Notes under the pieces: model-generated
What the model saw: the letters and a program-made list of their open reading frames with translations, nothing else
The model's database searches: none
What the model was told of the DNA's origin: nothing
Source: a virus
Length of the DNA: 64,000 nucleotides
IMG/VR virus record: IMGVR_UViG_3300030419_002557
Span: 8,077 to 72,076 of that record
Reading direction: 5' to 3' (one strand)
Made by a program: the position numbers and the translations under genes
Shown here: in pieces, positions 11,175 through 20,428 of the stretch
How positions within the stretch are numbered: position 1 is the first letter of the stretch
How the letters are laid out: the number at the start of each line of letters is the position of its first letter

Positions 11175-11552
11175 ATGGCCACCATTACTAAAGAAAGACT
11201 AAGCGGATCGACAAACGGTAAGCAGATCCTTATCACTACAACCGCGAGTGATGGAACTGGTGACGCGGGGCTTAGCACGGCCAATGTGATTCACACTGCT
11301 GTTGCTAACGCTACGGACTGGGACGAAGTTTGGCTTTGGGCAAAGAACACCCACAGTGGCGATGTAATGCTGACAATCGAGTGGGGAGAAACAACCGCCA
11401 ACAACATCATCAAAGTAAATCTTGACGAGGACGCTGGCTTAGTTCAGATCATTCCTGGCCTTATTATTCAAAACAGCCTTGAAATACGCTGCTTTGCTGC
11501 GACTGCAAATGTTGTTGCCATTTCAGGTTTTGTAAACAGGATTGATTACTAA
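11175..11552 (+). CDS. Small tail-accessory protein, paralog of 13453..13839
   Basis: DEVWLWAKN...GFVNRI versus DEIWLWATN...GYVNRI. Confidence 0.6.
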   Translation: MATITKERLSGSTNGKQILITTTASDGTGDAGLSTANVIHTAVANATDWDEVWLWAKNTHSGDVMLTIEWGETTANNIIKVNLDEDAGLVQIIPGLIIQNSLEIRCFAATANVVAISGFVNRIDY

Positions 11553-12538
11553 TGCCTAGACGAAGTCGAGCCGACGTTGGGCTTTACGCCCCAAGAGTGA
11601 CAAGACGCGCAGATCACATCCCAAACCGTGGTCCTCGAACTCCAAGTGCAGGCGGCGGGAACGCTTGGAAGGACTGGGTGGACTTTGATTTGTCCAAGAT
11701 TGCTGACGTATCTGAATGGAAGAAGATTGAAGGCGATGGGATTGGTGGCATTAACGTAACGGCGGCGATGTCGGGTGATCAACTCCACATTACGTTTCCT
11801 GATATTGGGAGCAACTACAACGTAAGAAACCAGGGCAACCAACAAAAGGGGCTTTGGTTTATTAAGAAGGTAAAGTTTGCTCCCTGGGCAAATCAGGCGA
11901 CTCCAGCAGGGCAGGCTGCAAACAGCTTTCAAAGTGAGAGCACCCTTTTTAAAATGGAGATGCAGTTCGATCATACCAACGGACCCATCAACGGAACTTC
12001 CGACCAAAACTACGGCCAAAATGTTCACGCTGCATGCGGCATCATTGCCTATGATTCTGATCAGGGCACAGATCCTCCGTTGCCTGGCACGACAAACTAT
12101 GCGGGCGTGTATGTTAGGAAGAACAGGTCAGAGGATCCAAGCGGATCAAGCCACACCAACCAGTATCAATCTGGCCTTTTTTCCCGTAATGGAAAAGCTC
12201 CAGGGGATGGTCGTATTTGGAGGAACCAGGACGGAGGAGACGCAACATCGCATGATGCTATCGTCTTTCAAGCGGGAATCTCCACCAACATTACCTCCCA
12301 TCCTATTGGATCTTACAACGAGAACATGCCTTGCGGTTCTTACGCGACAACGACTCCTTTCGGCCCAATGGTAAAAGGATCGTTGCTTTCAAACAACGCA
12401 TGCAGGTTTGGAGGAAAGCACCTCTATTTGGCATGCTGGTTCGGGTTTGATACAACGAGCCAGAAGGGCGGGGTTATTCGCATCAAGAAGCTTAGGTATT
12501 TGCTTCAGCCTATCGCTGCACGCGCCGCACTGGGGTAG
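11552..12538 (+). CDS. Hypothetical virion / receptor-binding-like protein
   Basis: 328 aa, translationally coupled (TAATG) in tail cluster. Confidence 0.5.
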   Translation: MPRRSRADVGLYAPRVTRRADHIPNRGPRTPSAGGGNAWKDWVDFDLSKIADVSEWKKIEGDGIGGINVTAAMSGDQLHITFPDIGSNYNVRNQGNQQKGLWFIKKVKFAPWANQATPAGQAANSFQSESTLFKMEMQFDHTNGPINGTSDQNYGQNVHAACGIIAYDSDQGTDPPLPGTTNYAGVYVRKNRSEDPSGSSHTNQYQSGLFSRNGKAPGDGRIWRNQDGGDATSHDAIVFQAGISTNITSHPIGSYNENMPCGSYATTTPFGPMVKGSLLSNNACRFGGKHLYLACWFGFDTTSQKGGVIRIKKLRYLLQPIAARAALG

Positions 12539-12541
12539 TTC

Positions 12542-12829
12542 ATGGCTTCAATATGTTTGTTTGAGACAACCGGCACAAGCGCAGCCGACGATATAGTCGC
12601 TGCTGTAGAGGCTGGGGAGTTGTGGGGAGTAAACATGGGCTCCACATCTAAAAGTTCTTCCTATTCTAACTATGCTTTGGTTGAATGCACTGCCAACCGG
12701 GCTCTTCAAATCACGGATTCAATTCCAGATGATGTCCTTCTTCGTATCGTTCAAGACGAAGTCCCCAGTTTTACAGATGCTGGCACCAACGAGAAAGCGT
12801 GGTATTTACTGGGGATGAATGGGGGATAG
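12542..12829 (+). CDS. Hypothetical protein
   Basis: 95 aa, tightly packed in operon. Confidence 0.5.
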   Translation: MASICLFETTGTSAADDIVAAVEAGELWGVNMGSTSKSSSYSNYALVECTANRALQITDSIPDDVLLRIVQDEVPSFTDAGTNEKAWYLLGMNGG

Positions 12830-12832
12830 TGA

Positions 12833-13024
12833 ATGGAACAACGTGTACGAAAACTCGAAACTGATGTAGCAGTCCTTGGTCAGCGCGTTGACACTACGGA
12901 GGCTGAGGTGTCAGCTATTCGAGAAGACATTCAAGGCATCAAGAAAGAGATCCACAAGGCACAAGGGCTGATCCTCGCAACTATCGTCATCATGCAATGC
13001 ATCGCGATCTTTATGGAAGGGTGA
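12833..13024 (+). CDS. Coiled-coil plus C-terminal TM protein (XhlA/holin-like)
   Basis: MEQRVRKLETDVAVL heptads then hydrophobic LILATIVIMQCIAIF. Confidence 0.55.
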   Translation: MEQRVRKLETDVAVLGQRVDTTEAEVSAIREDIQGIKKEIHKAQGLILATIVIMQCIAIFMEG

Positions 13025-13025
13025 T

Positions 13026-13187
13026 GTGGAGGCAGATGTAGTAGCGAGCTACCTAGACTTAGGCATGACTTGCGGCTTCATTGCGTACCTCATCAACACA
13101 AATCGACGACAAGGCAAAGCCCTCACGATGATGACCCGAAAGTATGAAGAGCTTTTCGAGCGGGTCTTAAAGAGGGAACGTGAGTGA
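13026..13187 (+). CDS. Small single-TM holin-like protein (BhlA/UviB-like architecture); not in ORF track
   Basis: GTG start; MEADVVASYLDLGMTCGFIAYLINTNRRQGKALTMMTRKYEELFERVLKRERE (53 aa) fills the gap between neighbours. Confidence 0.5.
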   Translation: MEADVVASYLDLGMTCGFIAYLINTNRRQGKALTMMTRKYEELFERVLKRERE

Positions 13188-13443
13188 AGGCTCGACCAAT
13201 CCCTTTTCCAACATGCCTCCGTGGGGCTGGATACTCGTCTATCTTGCTGGCGGCTCTGCAATAGGTGTTGGGGGTCTTGAGCTTACTCATAGTTCTCATA
13301 GCGAAGAGAAAGAATGCCCCGATCCAGGCTTTGCTCTTCATCAGGCAGAGAAAGAAATAGAAGAGCTAAAGAACGCTCACGAGTCAATGGTCTCCAGTAT
13401 TGGTATGATTTCTGGGTTATTGTCTCAATGTCAACAGCAATAG
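13180..13443 (+). CDS. Membrane-anchored coiled-coil protein
   Basis: N-terminal hydrophobic segment then heptad repeat. Confidence 0.5.
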   Translation: MSEGSTNPFSNMPPWGWILVYLAGGSAIGVGGLELTHSSHSEEKECPDPGFALHQAEKEIEELKNAHESMVSSIGMISGLLSQCQQQ

Positions 13444-13452
13444 GAGGTTGAT

Positions 13453-13839
13453 TTGGCGACCTATACAAAGTTAAATCTGTCCCCTGGTGGCACCGAAGGT
13501 GACGGTAATCCAATTCCAGTTACCGACAATGCAGGAAATGGGTCATTTCTTCACGACACCTCGAATGATGAAACGAAGCAAGACGAGATTTGGCTTTGGG
13601 CAACGAACATTCATACGTCTGCCGTCGAAGTTACGTTGCATGTTGGCTATTTGAACAGCGGCAGTGCCGCTGCAACAGACAGAATGATTGTCACTATTCC
13701 TGCAAAGTCTGGGTGGTCACTGGTCCTGGCTGGAATCCCGCTGCGTAGCAGTGGTAGCACTCCCCGCAGGGTCGCGGCATACGCTGACACGGTGAATGTC
13801 ATTAACTTTGTTGGATATGTGAACAGGATTTCCGCTTGA
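13453..13839 (+). CDS. Small tail-accessory protein, paralog of 11175..11552
   Basis: AGGAGG RBS, TTG start, motifs shared with 11175..11552. Confidence 0.6.
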   Translation: MATYTKLNLSPGGTEGDGNPIPVTDNAGNGSFLHDTSNDETKQDEIWLWATNIHTSAVEVTLHVGYLNSGSAAATDRMIVTIPAKSGWSLVLAGIPLRSSGSTPRRVAAYADTVNVINFVGYVNRISA

Positions 13840-13994
13840 TAAAATGGCAATACCATAAGCCGTTTGTCGACTGGCTTTTGAAGATGCAATATGCGGAGAT
13901 GAAGGACGACAAGATAAGCCCCTACATCAGCCCTGGTCTTGTTCTATACATGTACGAGGCATACCTGGCGGGGTTTAAAGAACGAGGAAAGTAG
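13836..13994 (+). CDS. Small hypothetical protein; not in ORF track
   Basis: TTGA overlap with upstream stop; MIKWQYHKPFVDWLLKMQ...GFKERGK (52 aa) abuts next ATG. Confidence 0.4.
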   Translation: MIKWQYHKPFVDWLLKMQYAEMKDDKISPYISPGLVLYMYEAYLAGFKERGK

Positions 13995-14483
13995 ATGGGT
14001 CATTTCTCTCTTGATGAGTTTGTAGGCGCAATTCAAGAGGCAGTAGTCAAATCAACAGACATTGCCGAGCAGCATGAACTAAACCATATTCGGGAAGAAG
14101 AATACTGGATTGATACTGGTGAGAAGGCACCTGACGGGACTTCTATCTATAAGCCCCGAATGGTAACTGTTCGCTTGCCCATGTGGGAAGATGGCAAGCA
14201 GACTGAAAAAGACATTCAGGTTCCCATGCAAACGCTTGTCACTGGCCAATCTTTAATGATTGAAGCGCTAACTGTTGAGATGAATGTGGAACTCCAAGGA
14301 ATGGAAGACGGTGCTGACGTTGGCTGTACTCATCGCAAGCTCAAGATAAATCCATCTGTTGGTGGAAATGGGTGGTTTGCTAAAAAGCGGAATACTGCTA
14401 AGATTTCGATAACTTTTAAAGGGCAGGAACCACCAGAAGGTTATGCTCGAATTGATAATCAACTCATAAAGCTACTTCCGTAG
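13995..14483 (+). CDS. DUF2589-like protein
   Basis: LDEFVGAIQEAV, IQVPMQTLV...LMIEALTVEM and ITFKGQEPPEGYARI fit recalled DUF2589 pattern. Confidence 0.7.
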   Translation: MGHFSLDEFVGAIQEAVVKSTDIAEQHELNHIREEEYWIDTGEKAPDGTSIYKPRMVTVRLPMWEDGKQTEKDIQVPMQTLVTGQSLMIEALTVEMNVELQGMEDGADVGCTHRKLKINPSVGGNGWFAKKRNTAKISITFKGQEPPEGYARIDNQLIKLLP

Positions 14484-14492
14484 GAGAGATAA

Positions 14493-15131
14493 ATGCCAGA
14501 CGGCCTTGTAAAAATGTCAGACCAGTTTGGCGGCCTGCCAATGGACCAACTGATTGGAGGTCCGCTTAAGGCAGCCTGCGATTCGCAGGTTCAGCTTGCC
14601 AAGGCGACCGCTGACTTTATTCAGAACGTCGGTCTGGAGACCGATTCCAACGGAGTAGTAAAAGCTCGTACTGTTGACTTCACTTACACGAAGCCTGTCA
14701 ATGACGGTAACGGTGGGTACACCGAAGTTACCAACCAACTCGACGTTCCAATCCTGGCGATTCTGAACACTCCTTCACTTCAGGTCAAAGAGGTTGAGGT
14801 GGACTTCACGATGGAAGTGAAGTCAAGCACTTCTGAGAAGTCGAGTCGAGACTATGAAGCTGCAATGGACACCCACGTTAAAGCAGGCTGGGGCCCAGTG
14901 AGTGTGGACGTGAAAATCCACGGGTCTATTTCCGCCAAGAGCGAGAACACCCGCTCATCGGACAACTCCGCTAAGTACAACGTCAAAGTCATTGCCCGCG
15001 ATGATGGTATGCCTGAAGGGTTGAAGCGCTGCTTGGACATCGTACAGGCAGCAATCGCTGAGAAACCAGCGCCAGCACCCCCTGTCAATCAGCCTGCAAA
15101 CCCACCCGCTCCTGCTGTGAGGAATGGATAA
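14493..15131 (+). CDS. DUF2589-family protein
   Basis: QFGGLPMDQLIGGPLKAACDSQ, VPILAILNTPSL, FTMEVK, NTRSSDNSAKY, MPEGLKRCLD. Confidence 0.85.
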   Translation: MPDGLVKMSDQFGGLPMDQLIGGPLKAACDSQVQLAKATADFIQNVGLETDSNGVVKARTVDFTYTKPVNDGNGGYTEVTNQLDVPILAILNTPSLQVKEVEVDFTMEVKSSTSEKSSRDYEAAMDTHVKAGWGPVSVDVKIHGSISAKSENTRSSDNSAKYNVKVIARDDGMPEGLKRCLDIVQAAIAEKPAPAPPVNQPANPPAPAVRNG

Positions 15132-15506
15132 ATGGCGATTACAACTGGAAAGTTATCGATAACAGAAACAGACTACATGTTCATCGACACTGCATCTACA
15201 GCAACTGCTGTGACGGATGTGTTCGGTGGTTCAGCGACAATCCACAGTATCAATATGGTGAATGGCCACTCCAACCCTGCATGGTTGAAAATCTACAACG
15301 CTAGCAGCGCCACTGTTGGGACAACAGACCCAGACATTATTTTGAAGGCAGACGGGTCAGGCACTAATGGTGGTCGAACTGTCTGGCAGATTATCGACGG
15401 AATCGCTCTGACGAATATGACTTACGCTTCCGAGATTTCTGCCGGTACATCTGGAACATCAAACCCTGATGCTGGAAATCTTACCATCAGCATGGTTGTG
15501 AGGTAG
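15132..15506 (+). CDS. Small beta-rich virion protein, paralog of next gene
   Basis: WLKIYN...TVGTT motif similar to YVKLYD in 15509..15904. Confidence 0.55.
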   Translation: MAITTGKLSITETDYMFIDTASTATAVTDVFGGSATIHSINMVNGHSNPAWLKIYNASSATVGTTDPDIILKADGSGTNGGRTVWQIIDGIALTNMTYASEISAGTSGTSNPDAGNLTISMVVR

Positions 15507-15508
15507 AG

Positions 15509-15904
15509 ATGGCATCAGCACTTGTAAAAACGTCCGTAGTCGCCAATGTTGGCACATTTCATTGTGTAAATCTTGACGCCGATCATAATGTCGAAGCGCT
15601 GGATGCCAGTAGCGGTACTCTCTACAAAGTAGAAATCATCAACCCTAATGCAACCGCAGTGTATGTGAAGCTTTATGACTCAACCAGCACTGTAAACATT
15701 GGTGGAGACGCCCCCACTTCTCCCGAATGGGTGTTCATGTGTCCGGGTAATGCAACAAGAGTGTATTCCAATCCATCGGGAACCTCTTACGGAACTGGCT
15801 TGAAGGCAGCGTGCGTTACAACTGCTGGCAGCGCCAGCGGTTCTGTGGCCGCAAGCACGGCACCGACTGACAGCGTCACTTATCGAATCCTTATTGCGAC
15901 GTAG
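15509..15904 (+). CDS. Small beta-rich virion protein
   Basis: INPNATAVYVKLYD...GTGL; paralog of upstream gene. Confidence 0.55.
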   Translation: MASALVKTSVVANVGTFHCVNLDADHNVEALDASSGTLYKVEIINPNATAVYVKLYDSTSTVNIGGDAPTSPEWVFMCPGNATRVYSNPSGTSYGTGLKAACVTTAGSASGSVAASTAPTDSVTYRILIAT

Positions 15905-15906
15905 AA

Positions 15907-16116
15907 ATGAAGTACGGAAAAATCCTTAAGCAAGCAATCCTCATGGCCGAGGATCTCTTCCCCGAACCCAAGACAGGCAAGAAGAAGAGAGCCTGGGTCG
16001 TGAAGTTCATCAACGAGCATGTGAATGTGCCGATCCTGAATGAGCGTCAGGAGGCCAAAGCTATAGGGTTCGCAGTAGATGTAGTGTGTGACCTAATTGA
16101 AGACCTGAAGAAATGA
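15907..16116 (+). CDS. Small lysis-cluster protein
   Basis: AEDLFP..KTGKKKRAWV resembles soluble domain of LL-H-type holins; upstream of endolysin. Confidence 0.4.
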   Translation: MKYGKILKQAILMAEDLFPEPKTGKKKRAWVVKFINEHVNVPILNERQEAKAIGFAVDVVCDLIEDLKK

Positions 16117-16287
16117 AGACGGTTACTCGGTCCTACAGGCATCGCTCTACTGAAAAAATGAAAATTAGAAAGTCATCAGTGACAGTGGTGCGTGTTGGTT
16201 TTAAAGAACACGAGCCTTCTGTTCAGGGTGCCTACAACAACACCGAGGACCAAACGTGTGGTTCTCGTCCTGAGCAGGAGGCATCCC

Positions 16288-17094
16288 ATGTTGATAAAGA
16301 AGGGAAGTAGGGGCGACGAAGTTAAGGAAGTCCAGAAGGCGTTGAACGATAAGGGCTATGGCCAAATCGGCGTCGATGGAATCTTTGGACGAGGCACGGA
16401 GAAGGCCGTTAAGCGCTTCCAGAAGGCGTCAGGACTGGCCGCAGACGGAATCGTAGGGCCTAACACCCTCAAGGCTTTACAGGCCGCTGAGGAGCCAAAG
16501 CAGCCCGAGGTTTCGGATGAGCCCCCCGCCATCATTGGTGTGCTCAAAGCCAAAGGCTACGAGGTGTACACCGATGGCCAGATCAACACGATTGGTGTGC
16601 GCTCGAACAACACTGTTGCCAACAGCTTCGATGATGAGATGCACTTGGTGTGGGTGAAGAACGGATTGTGGCAGCACAAGAAGTACAGAATAACCACGGA
16701 CCCCGGCACTTATTGTTTAGAACATCCTGAAGTCTACGGTCGTGCCGCTGGCACAGCCATCATGGTGCCTGGATCCTACCGCGCCTACAAGTGGGATATG
16801 CACCGTGGAAAGTACGAAACGCTGTGTCAGCGGGCGGCTCCCATCCGCGTCTGGAGGGACAACGATCGAAATAACATTTTGTCGTTTGGCCATGACGACG
16901 ACCCCGGAATCGAGGGGTGGTACGGGGTAAATCTTCATCACGCCGGGGCTAACTCTACGCGAGTAGATAAGTGGTCGGCTGGCTGCCAGGTGTTTGCCCG
17001 AATCGCAGACTGGGAGGAAGCGGTTAAGATCTGGAAGGCATCGGAGGCTGAGGTCTTTACTTATACCCTCATCACCGAAGATGACCTGTCGTAG
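16288..17094 (+). CDS. Endolysin: PG_binding_1 domain plus L,D-transpeptidase-like catalytic domain
   Basis: AGGAGG before ATG 16288; GSRGDEVKEVQKAL, DGIFGRGTEKAVKRFQ, DGIVGPNT; GVNLHH...WSAGCQV. Confidence 0.8.
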   Translation: MLIKKGSRGDEVKEVQKALNDKGYGQIGVDGIFGRGTEKAVKRFQKASGLAADGIVGPNTLKALQAAEEPKQPEVSDEPPAIIGVLKAKGYEVYTDGQINTIGVRSNNTVANSFDDEMHLVWVKNGLWQHKKYRITTDPGTYCLEHPEVYGRAAGTAIMVPGSYRAYKWDMHRGKYETLCQRAAPIRVWRDNDRNNILSFGHDDDPGIEGWYGVNLHHAGANSTRVDKWSAGCQVFARIADWEEAVKIWKASEAEVFTYTLITEDDLS

Positions 17095-17102
17095 GAGACG
17101 TA

Positions 17103-17333
17103 ATGGAAAAGCTCAAAGAACTTTGGAAGAAGCTCAACCCTCGGGTTGCCCTGATTGGAGGAGTCGTGGTTATCTCGACTTCTCTTGGCACTTGTCACCT
17201 AATGGACTCTGGCGATGAAGGAGCAGAAGAAGAAGCTCCCGTCGAAGCTCCTGCTGAGGAGACGCCGGAACCGGAGCCCGCTCCACCGGCTGAAGCTCCT
17301 GAAGAAGCTCCTGGCGCAGACGCAGACGCCTAA
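17103..17333 (+). CDS. Small membrane/lipoprotein-like protein with acidic Pro/Glu tail
   Basis: Basic N-terminus, hydrophobic stretch, SLGTC; follows endolysin (spanin-like position). Confidence 0.45.
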   Translation: MEKLKELWKKLNPRVALIGGVVVISTSLGTCHLMDSGDEGAEEEAPVEAPAEETPEPEPAPPAEAPEEAPGADADA

Positions 17334-17377
17334 GAAAAAACCCCCGGAGACTTAGAGTTTCCGGGGGTTCTTCTTTG
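17334..17377. terminator. Bidirectional intrinsic terminator
   Basis: AACCCCCGGAGAC-ttaga-GTTTCCGGGGGTT with A- and T-tracts between convergent operons. Confidence 0.8.
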
Positions 17378-17477
17378 CTGGAATGGGCTCGCCTGAGAAA
17401 TAACCGCATTTAGGACAGCGCTCGTCTCCGACGTAGCGGTGGTCACACTCGAAGCAAATGCGCTTGATGGGCTTCAT
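17352..17477 (-). CDS. Small zinc-ribbon protein; not in ORF track
   Basis: ATGA overlap with recT stop; MKPIKRICFECDHRYVGDERCPKCGYFSGEPIPAKKNPRKL, two CxxC. Confidence 0.55.
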   Translation of the reverse strand: MKPIKRICFECDHRYVGDERCPKCGYFSGEPIPAKKNPRKL

Positions 17478-18262
17478 GCCAGAGCCGCACCAAGGTCGCT
17501 CATTCCATTTACCTCCTTGGGTTCATCCTCGCCAACGATTGGCGTGATGTCGATAGGAGGCATCTTTGCGTGAGGATCATCTCCATCCGCAGAGACAGCC
17601 GTTGCAAGCTCAAACGACATGGGCACGGTGCCGCCGTTGAAGAGGGCACGGATAGCGCTCTTACGAGCCATGCGAGAGTAGTCGTCTACCCAGGGGCCAC
17701 TACGACCAGCCTTGGAACGACGACGAACCTTGTCGATGTCCACCTTCCAAAGCACCTCAAAGTACGACGATCCGTCCTTAAGAACAGCAACAGCGTAGGC
17801 TGCTACAATCTTGTCGTCTGAGCGGTCTACATCTCCACGGACACTGTGCTCAATGTTGGGGTGAAGTCCAGCGCTAACATCGAACTTCTCGCCTTCATAG
17901 ACAACACGGGCATCGAGGCGGGCCACCTGGCCACTGCGTCGAGCAAGCTCCAAGTATCCTTTGTAGCCAATGATTGGCGTACACTTGTTGCCATAAGGAA
18001 TGAAGTAGATGTGGCCCAGTGTTCCGCCGGGCTCCAAGCCAAGCTGCGCCGACAGCATTACGGATTCTGCCACGGAGATGCTGGTGCATTCCATAAGCTT
18101 TGGATTGCGGCTGGCCTCCACAATCAACACCTTGCACATGCGCTCTGGGGTTAGATGGTTGGGCAAGATGGATGCTACTTGGTCCTTCATCTTGTTGTTG
18201 ATGAGGTCCTTGAACTTCTCCATCTTGGTGGGTGGCTTGTTTGCAATTTCGTTCTTGGCCAT
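17474..18262 (-). CDS. recT: RecT-family ssDNA annealing protein
   Basis: AQLGLEPG, YFIPYG, IIGYKGYLELARRSG, GPWVDDYSRMARKS. Confidence 0.95.
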   Translation of the reverse strand: MAKNEIANKPPTKMEKFKDLINNKMKDQVASILPNHLTPERMCKVLIVEASRNPKLMECTSISVAESVMLSAQLGLEPGGTLGHIYFIPYGNKCTPIIGYKGYLELARRSGQVARLDARVVYEGEKFDVSAGLHPNIEHSVRGDVDRSDDKIVAAYAVAVLKDGSSYFEVLWKVDIDKVRRRSKAGRSGPWVDDYSRMARKSAIRALFNGGTVPMSFELATAVSADGDDPHAKMPPIDITPIVGEDEPKEVNGMSDLGAALA

Positions 18263-19239
18263 TAGTTGCCTCTCTTGTGTTGAATGTTCATTCGAAAGAT
18301 TCGAGATGGTTCGCTGGTCTTAGTAAAATCTTTTGCGATTTCGGGATGTTCTTTACGCAGCGCCTTGGAATCGAGAGATGACCTGCCTTTGTTCATCTTC
18401 CAAGAGACGGTGCCAAAGACGCCGTTGAGACCGGCATTGTCAGCGATGCGCTCTTTGATTTGATTTTTAAGCAGGGCTTCCCTCTCCTTCATTGATTTGA
18501 TTTCCGTCTGGAGATCATGAAGGTCAAAGATAAGCTCTTCTTCTACCGGGTCAGCAGTCCTGTACTCTTCACTTGGATCGCCAAACTTGTCCTGTAAAAA
18601 TTTGTCAGCAGCAGGCGAGCCATCGATTGGTGGTGGTTCTCCACCTACAACGTGCTTTTTCCACCAGTCGCCGCACTTCTTGACCAGCTTCTTCTCAGTC
18701 TTCTTATTTCGAAGCAACGTGTATCGACGAAACTCATCGTTGACTAGGAACAGAACAGCAAAGTCCCAGCGGTCAATGTTTGTACAGGCCATGTACCATG
18801 CCGCCTGTGTGGCATAGTAGACAGGCACGCCAGAACCAAGGTCTTCTCCCCAACCGTCGACGCTACGCGCCGTTTTGATTTCCAACCCGAACCGGCTCTC
18901 CCCGGAACTGACGTACCTGTCAGGTGATGCAAGCATGAATGACTTGGGGCCAACGATTGGCATCTCGTTGCCATCTAAAACCTCAAAGCCTGTCTCTTCC
19001 TGATACCATGTCGCGATTGCGGACTCTAGTAGGCGGCCTCTCCGCATCGCGTTTGTTTCTGGAATCTCCTCAGCGAGCCCTCGCTTTGCTGCCCACACGT
19101 CCATGGGCGAGGACCACTTTGATAATCCAAGGACTGCGGCAATATCAGACCCGCCGAGCCCTTTCATTCTAGCTTCGTACCAACCATCAGGTTTAGGCAA
19201 AACACCCTCCATGCGATATGATGTTTCTATGAAAGACAA
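18262..19239 (-). CDS. YqaJ-like (lambda-exonuclease family) recombination nuclease
   Basis: RMKGLGGSDIAAVLGLSKW, LASPDR, LEIKT, YYATQAAWYM; start may be 19212. Confidence 0.92.
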   Translation of the reverse strand: MSFIETSYRMEGVLPKPDGWYEARMKGLGGSDIAAVLGLSKWSSPMDVWAAKRGLAEEIPETNAMRRGRLLESAIATWYQEETGFEVLDGNEMPIVGPKSFMLASPDRYVSSGESRFGLEIKTARSVDGWGEDLGSGVPVYYATQAAWYMACTNIDRWDFAVLFLVNDEFRRYTLLRNKKTEKKLVKKCGDWWKKHVVGGEPPPIDGSPAADKFLQDKFGDPSEEYRTADPVEEELIFDLHDLQTEIKSMKEREALLKNQIKERIADNAGLNGVFGTVSWKMNKGRSSLDSKALRKEHPEIAKDFTKTSEPSRIFRMNIQHKRGN

Positions 19240-19429
19240 AATTAGTCATCAAGGAATCGCAAGAGCGGCCAAGTACGCACAAAAAGCCATGGACTCTGGA
19301 GACGTTCCAGAGCGTGCCTTGGCGCGAGGCAAGAGCCTCGAACGTCAAGGGATGCTTAGAGATGATGGGTCGGTCCAAAAGATTCATCCTGACGAGCGAC
19401 GATCAAGCCGTAGGCGTCTTACGGACTAG
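19229..19429 (+). CDS. Hypothetical protein
   Basis: 66 aa filling gap between two minus-strand genes. Confidence 0.3.
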   Translation: MKDKISHQGIARAAKYAQKAMDSGDVPERALARGKSLERQGMLRDDGSVQKIHPDERRSSRRRLTD

Positions 19430-20044
19430 CTTACGCTTTCCCGATCTTGGGTTGTTCTTCTTAGCAGTAGGCTCTATCGCTGCTTTAATTTCGATGTCCT
19501 CATCTTCCGTTTTGTTAATGGAACCTTCAAGCTTGGCGATGGCTTCGTTTGCGCTCAACTGTCCAGCAGCAAGCATCTTGAGAAGCGCAAGCGTTGCTTC
19601 GTTGTTCGTGGTGTCAGCCTTTACACTCACGTTCACAGCGGGCGCACCGTTGTGATACTGCACGTCTTCTTCGCCTCGCTCGTCTGTCCAGCGAACGCCT
19701 AACAAAAGAATAGCTTCGCCGTTGTCTTCACGAATCTCTACCTCAAACTCGCAGGGCTGCCAGTCTCCGTTGGGCTGGATGTTGAGCAGGGTCTTTCGTT
19801 GGCCGTCCAGTGCAGCGGAGATCATGTTGTGCCAGGTGGCCTCGTCAACAGCGCTAAGAAGATTCACAACTCGCCATCGAGCAATCATCTCTTTAGACCG
19901 ATGCGCCTTGTCTTCCTCGACAACAACTTTGTTTACCATTCGGTTTGCAATGGTGATCAGCACCGAGGGGTCGGTGACCTTCTTGGTGTTTCGCTTGTCA
20001 TCCATCAAGGACTCTGGCTTTTCTGGAAGGATCGACACGGGCAT
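19403..20044 (-). CDS. Hypothetical protein
   Basis: 213 aa, AGGAG RBS, first gene of leftward recombination operon. Confidence 0.6.
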   Translation of the reverse strand: MPVSILPEKPESLMDDKRNTKKVTDPSVLITIANRMVNKVVVEEDKAHRSKEMIARWRVVNLLSAVDEATWHNMISAALDGQRKTLLNIQPNGDWQPCEFEVEIREDNGEAILLLGVRWTDERGEEDVQYHNGAPAVNVSVKADTTNNEATLALLKMLAAGQLSANEAIAKLEGSINKTEDEDIEIKAAIEPTAKKNNPRSGKRKLVRKTPTA

Positions 20045-20049
20045 CTCCT

Positions 20050-20165
20050 GTTTTTAATCTAAGTTGTTGCCGGTCCAAAAACTGACCGGCCCAAAGAACT
20101 TGGCGCATTTTGTGTCCCCTGTCAAGGGTGGGTTCGCATTTTGCGCCCAATCTGGTATAAGGTCT
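20050..20165. promoter_or_regulatory. Divergent promoter/operator region
   Basis: TGG-TATAAG extended -10 facing the HTH gene, TTGACA on minus strand (20120-20125), CGCATTTTG repeated at 20104 and 20135. Confidence 0.45.
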
Positions 20166-20170
20166 ATGAA

Positions 20171-20428
20171 ATGAACACTTCATACAGAATCTTCGGTCAA
20201 AATCTTCACTACCTTATTCGCGCAAAAGGCGTGGGAATGAGGGCTTTTGCACGCGAGGCAGGCATAGACTACTCGCTTCTTAAGCGGTACATGTCTGGTC
20301 AGGTTGCTCCTCGTAAGCAGCGACTTGAACAGCTATCTGTTCTACTTGGCGTCAGTCCGGGTTCTTTGATGTTTGATGACCTTGTGCCTGAAATAGAGGA
20401 GAGCACCAATGTTGTTTGTGGGGATTGA
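20171..20428 (+). CDS. XRE-family HTH transcriptional regulator
   Basis: FGQNL, MRAFAREAGIDYSLLKRYMSG, P...LEQLSVLLGVSPGSL. Confidence 0.85.
   Translation: MNTSYRIFGQNLHYLIRAKGVGMRAFAREAGIDYSLLKRYMSGQVAPRKQRLEQLSVLLGVSPGSLMFDDLVPEIEESTNVVCGD

Noticed and set aside
16192-16287. Longer TTG start for the endolysin and overlapping 16113..16310 ORF
   Set aside because: AGGAGG RBS and the domain boundary favour ATG 16288; the overlapping ORF has no support beyond position
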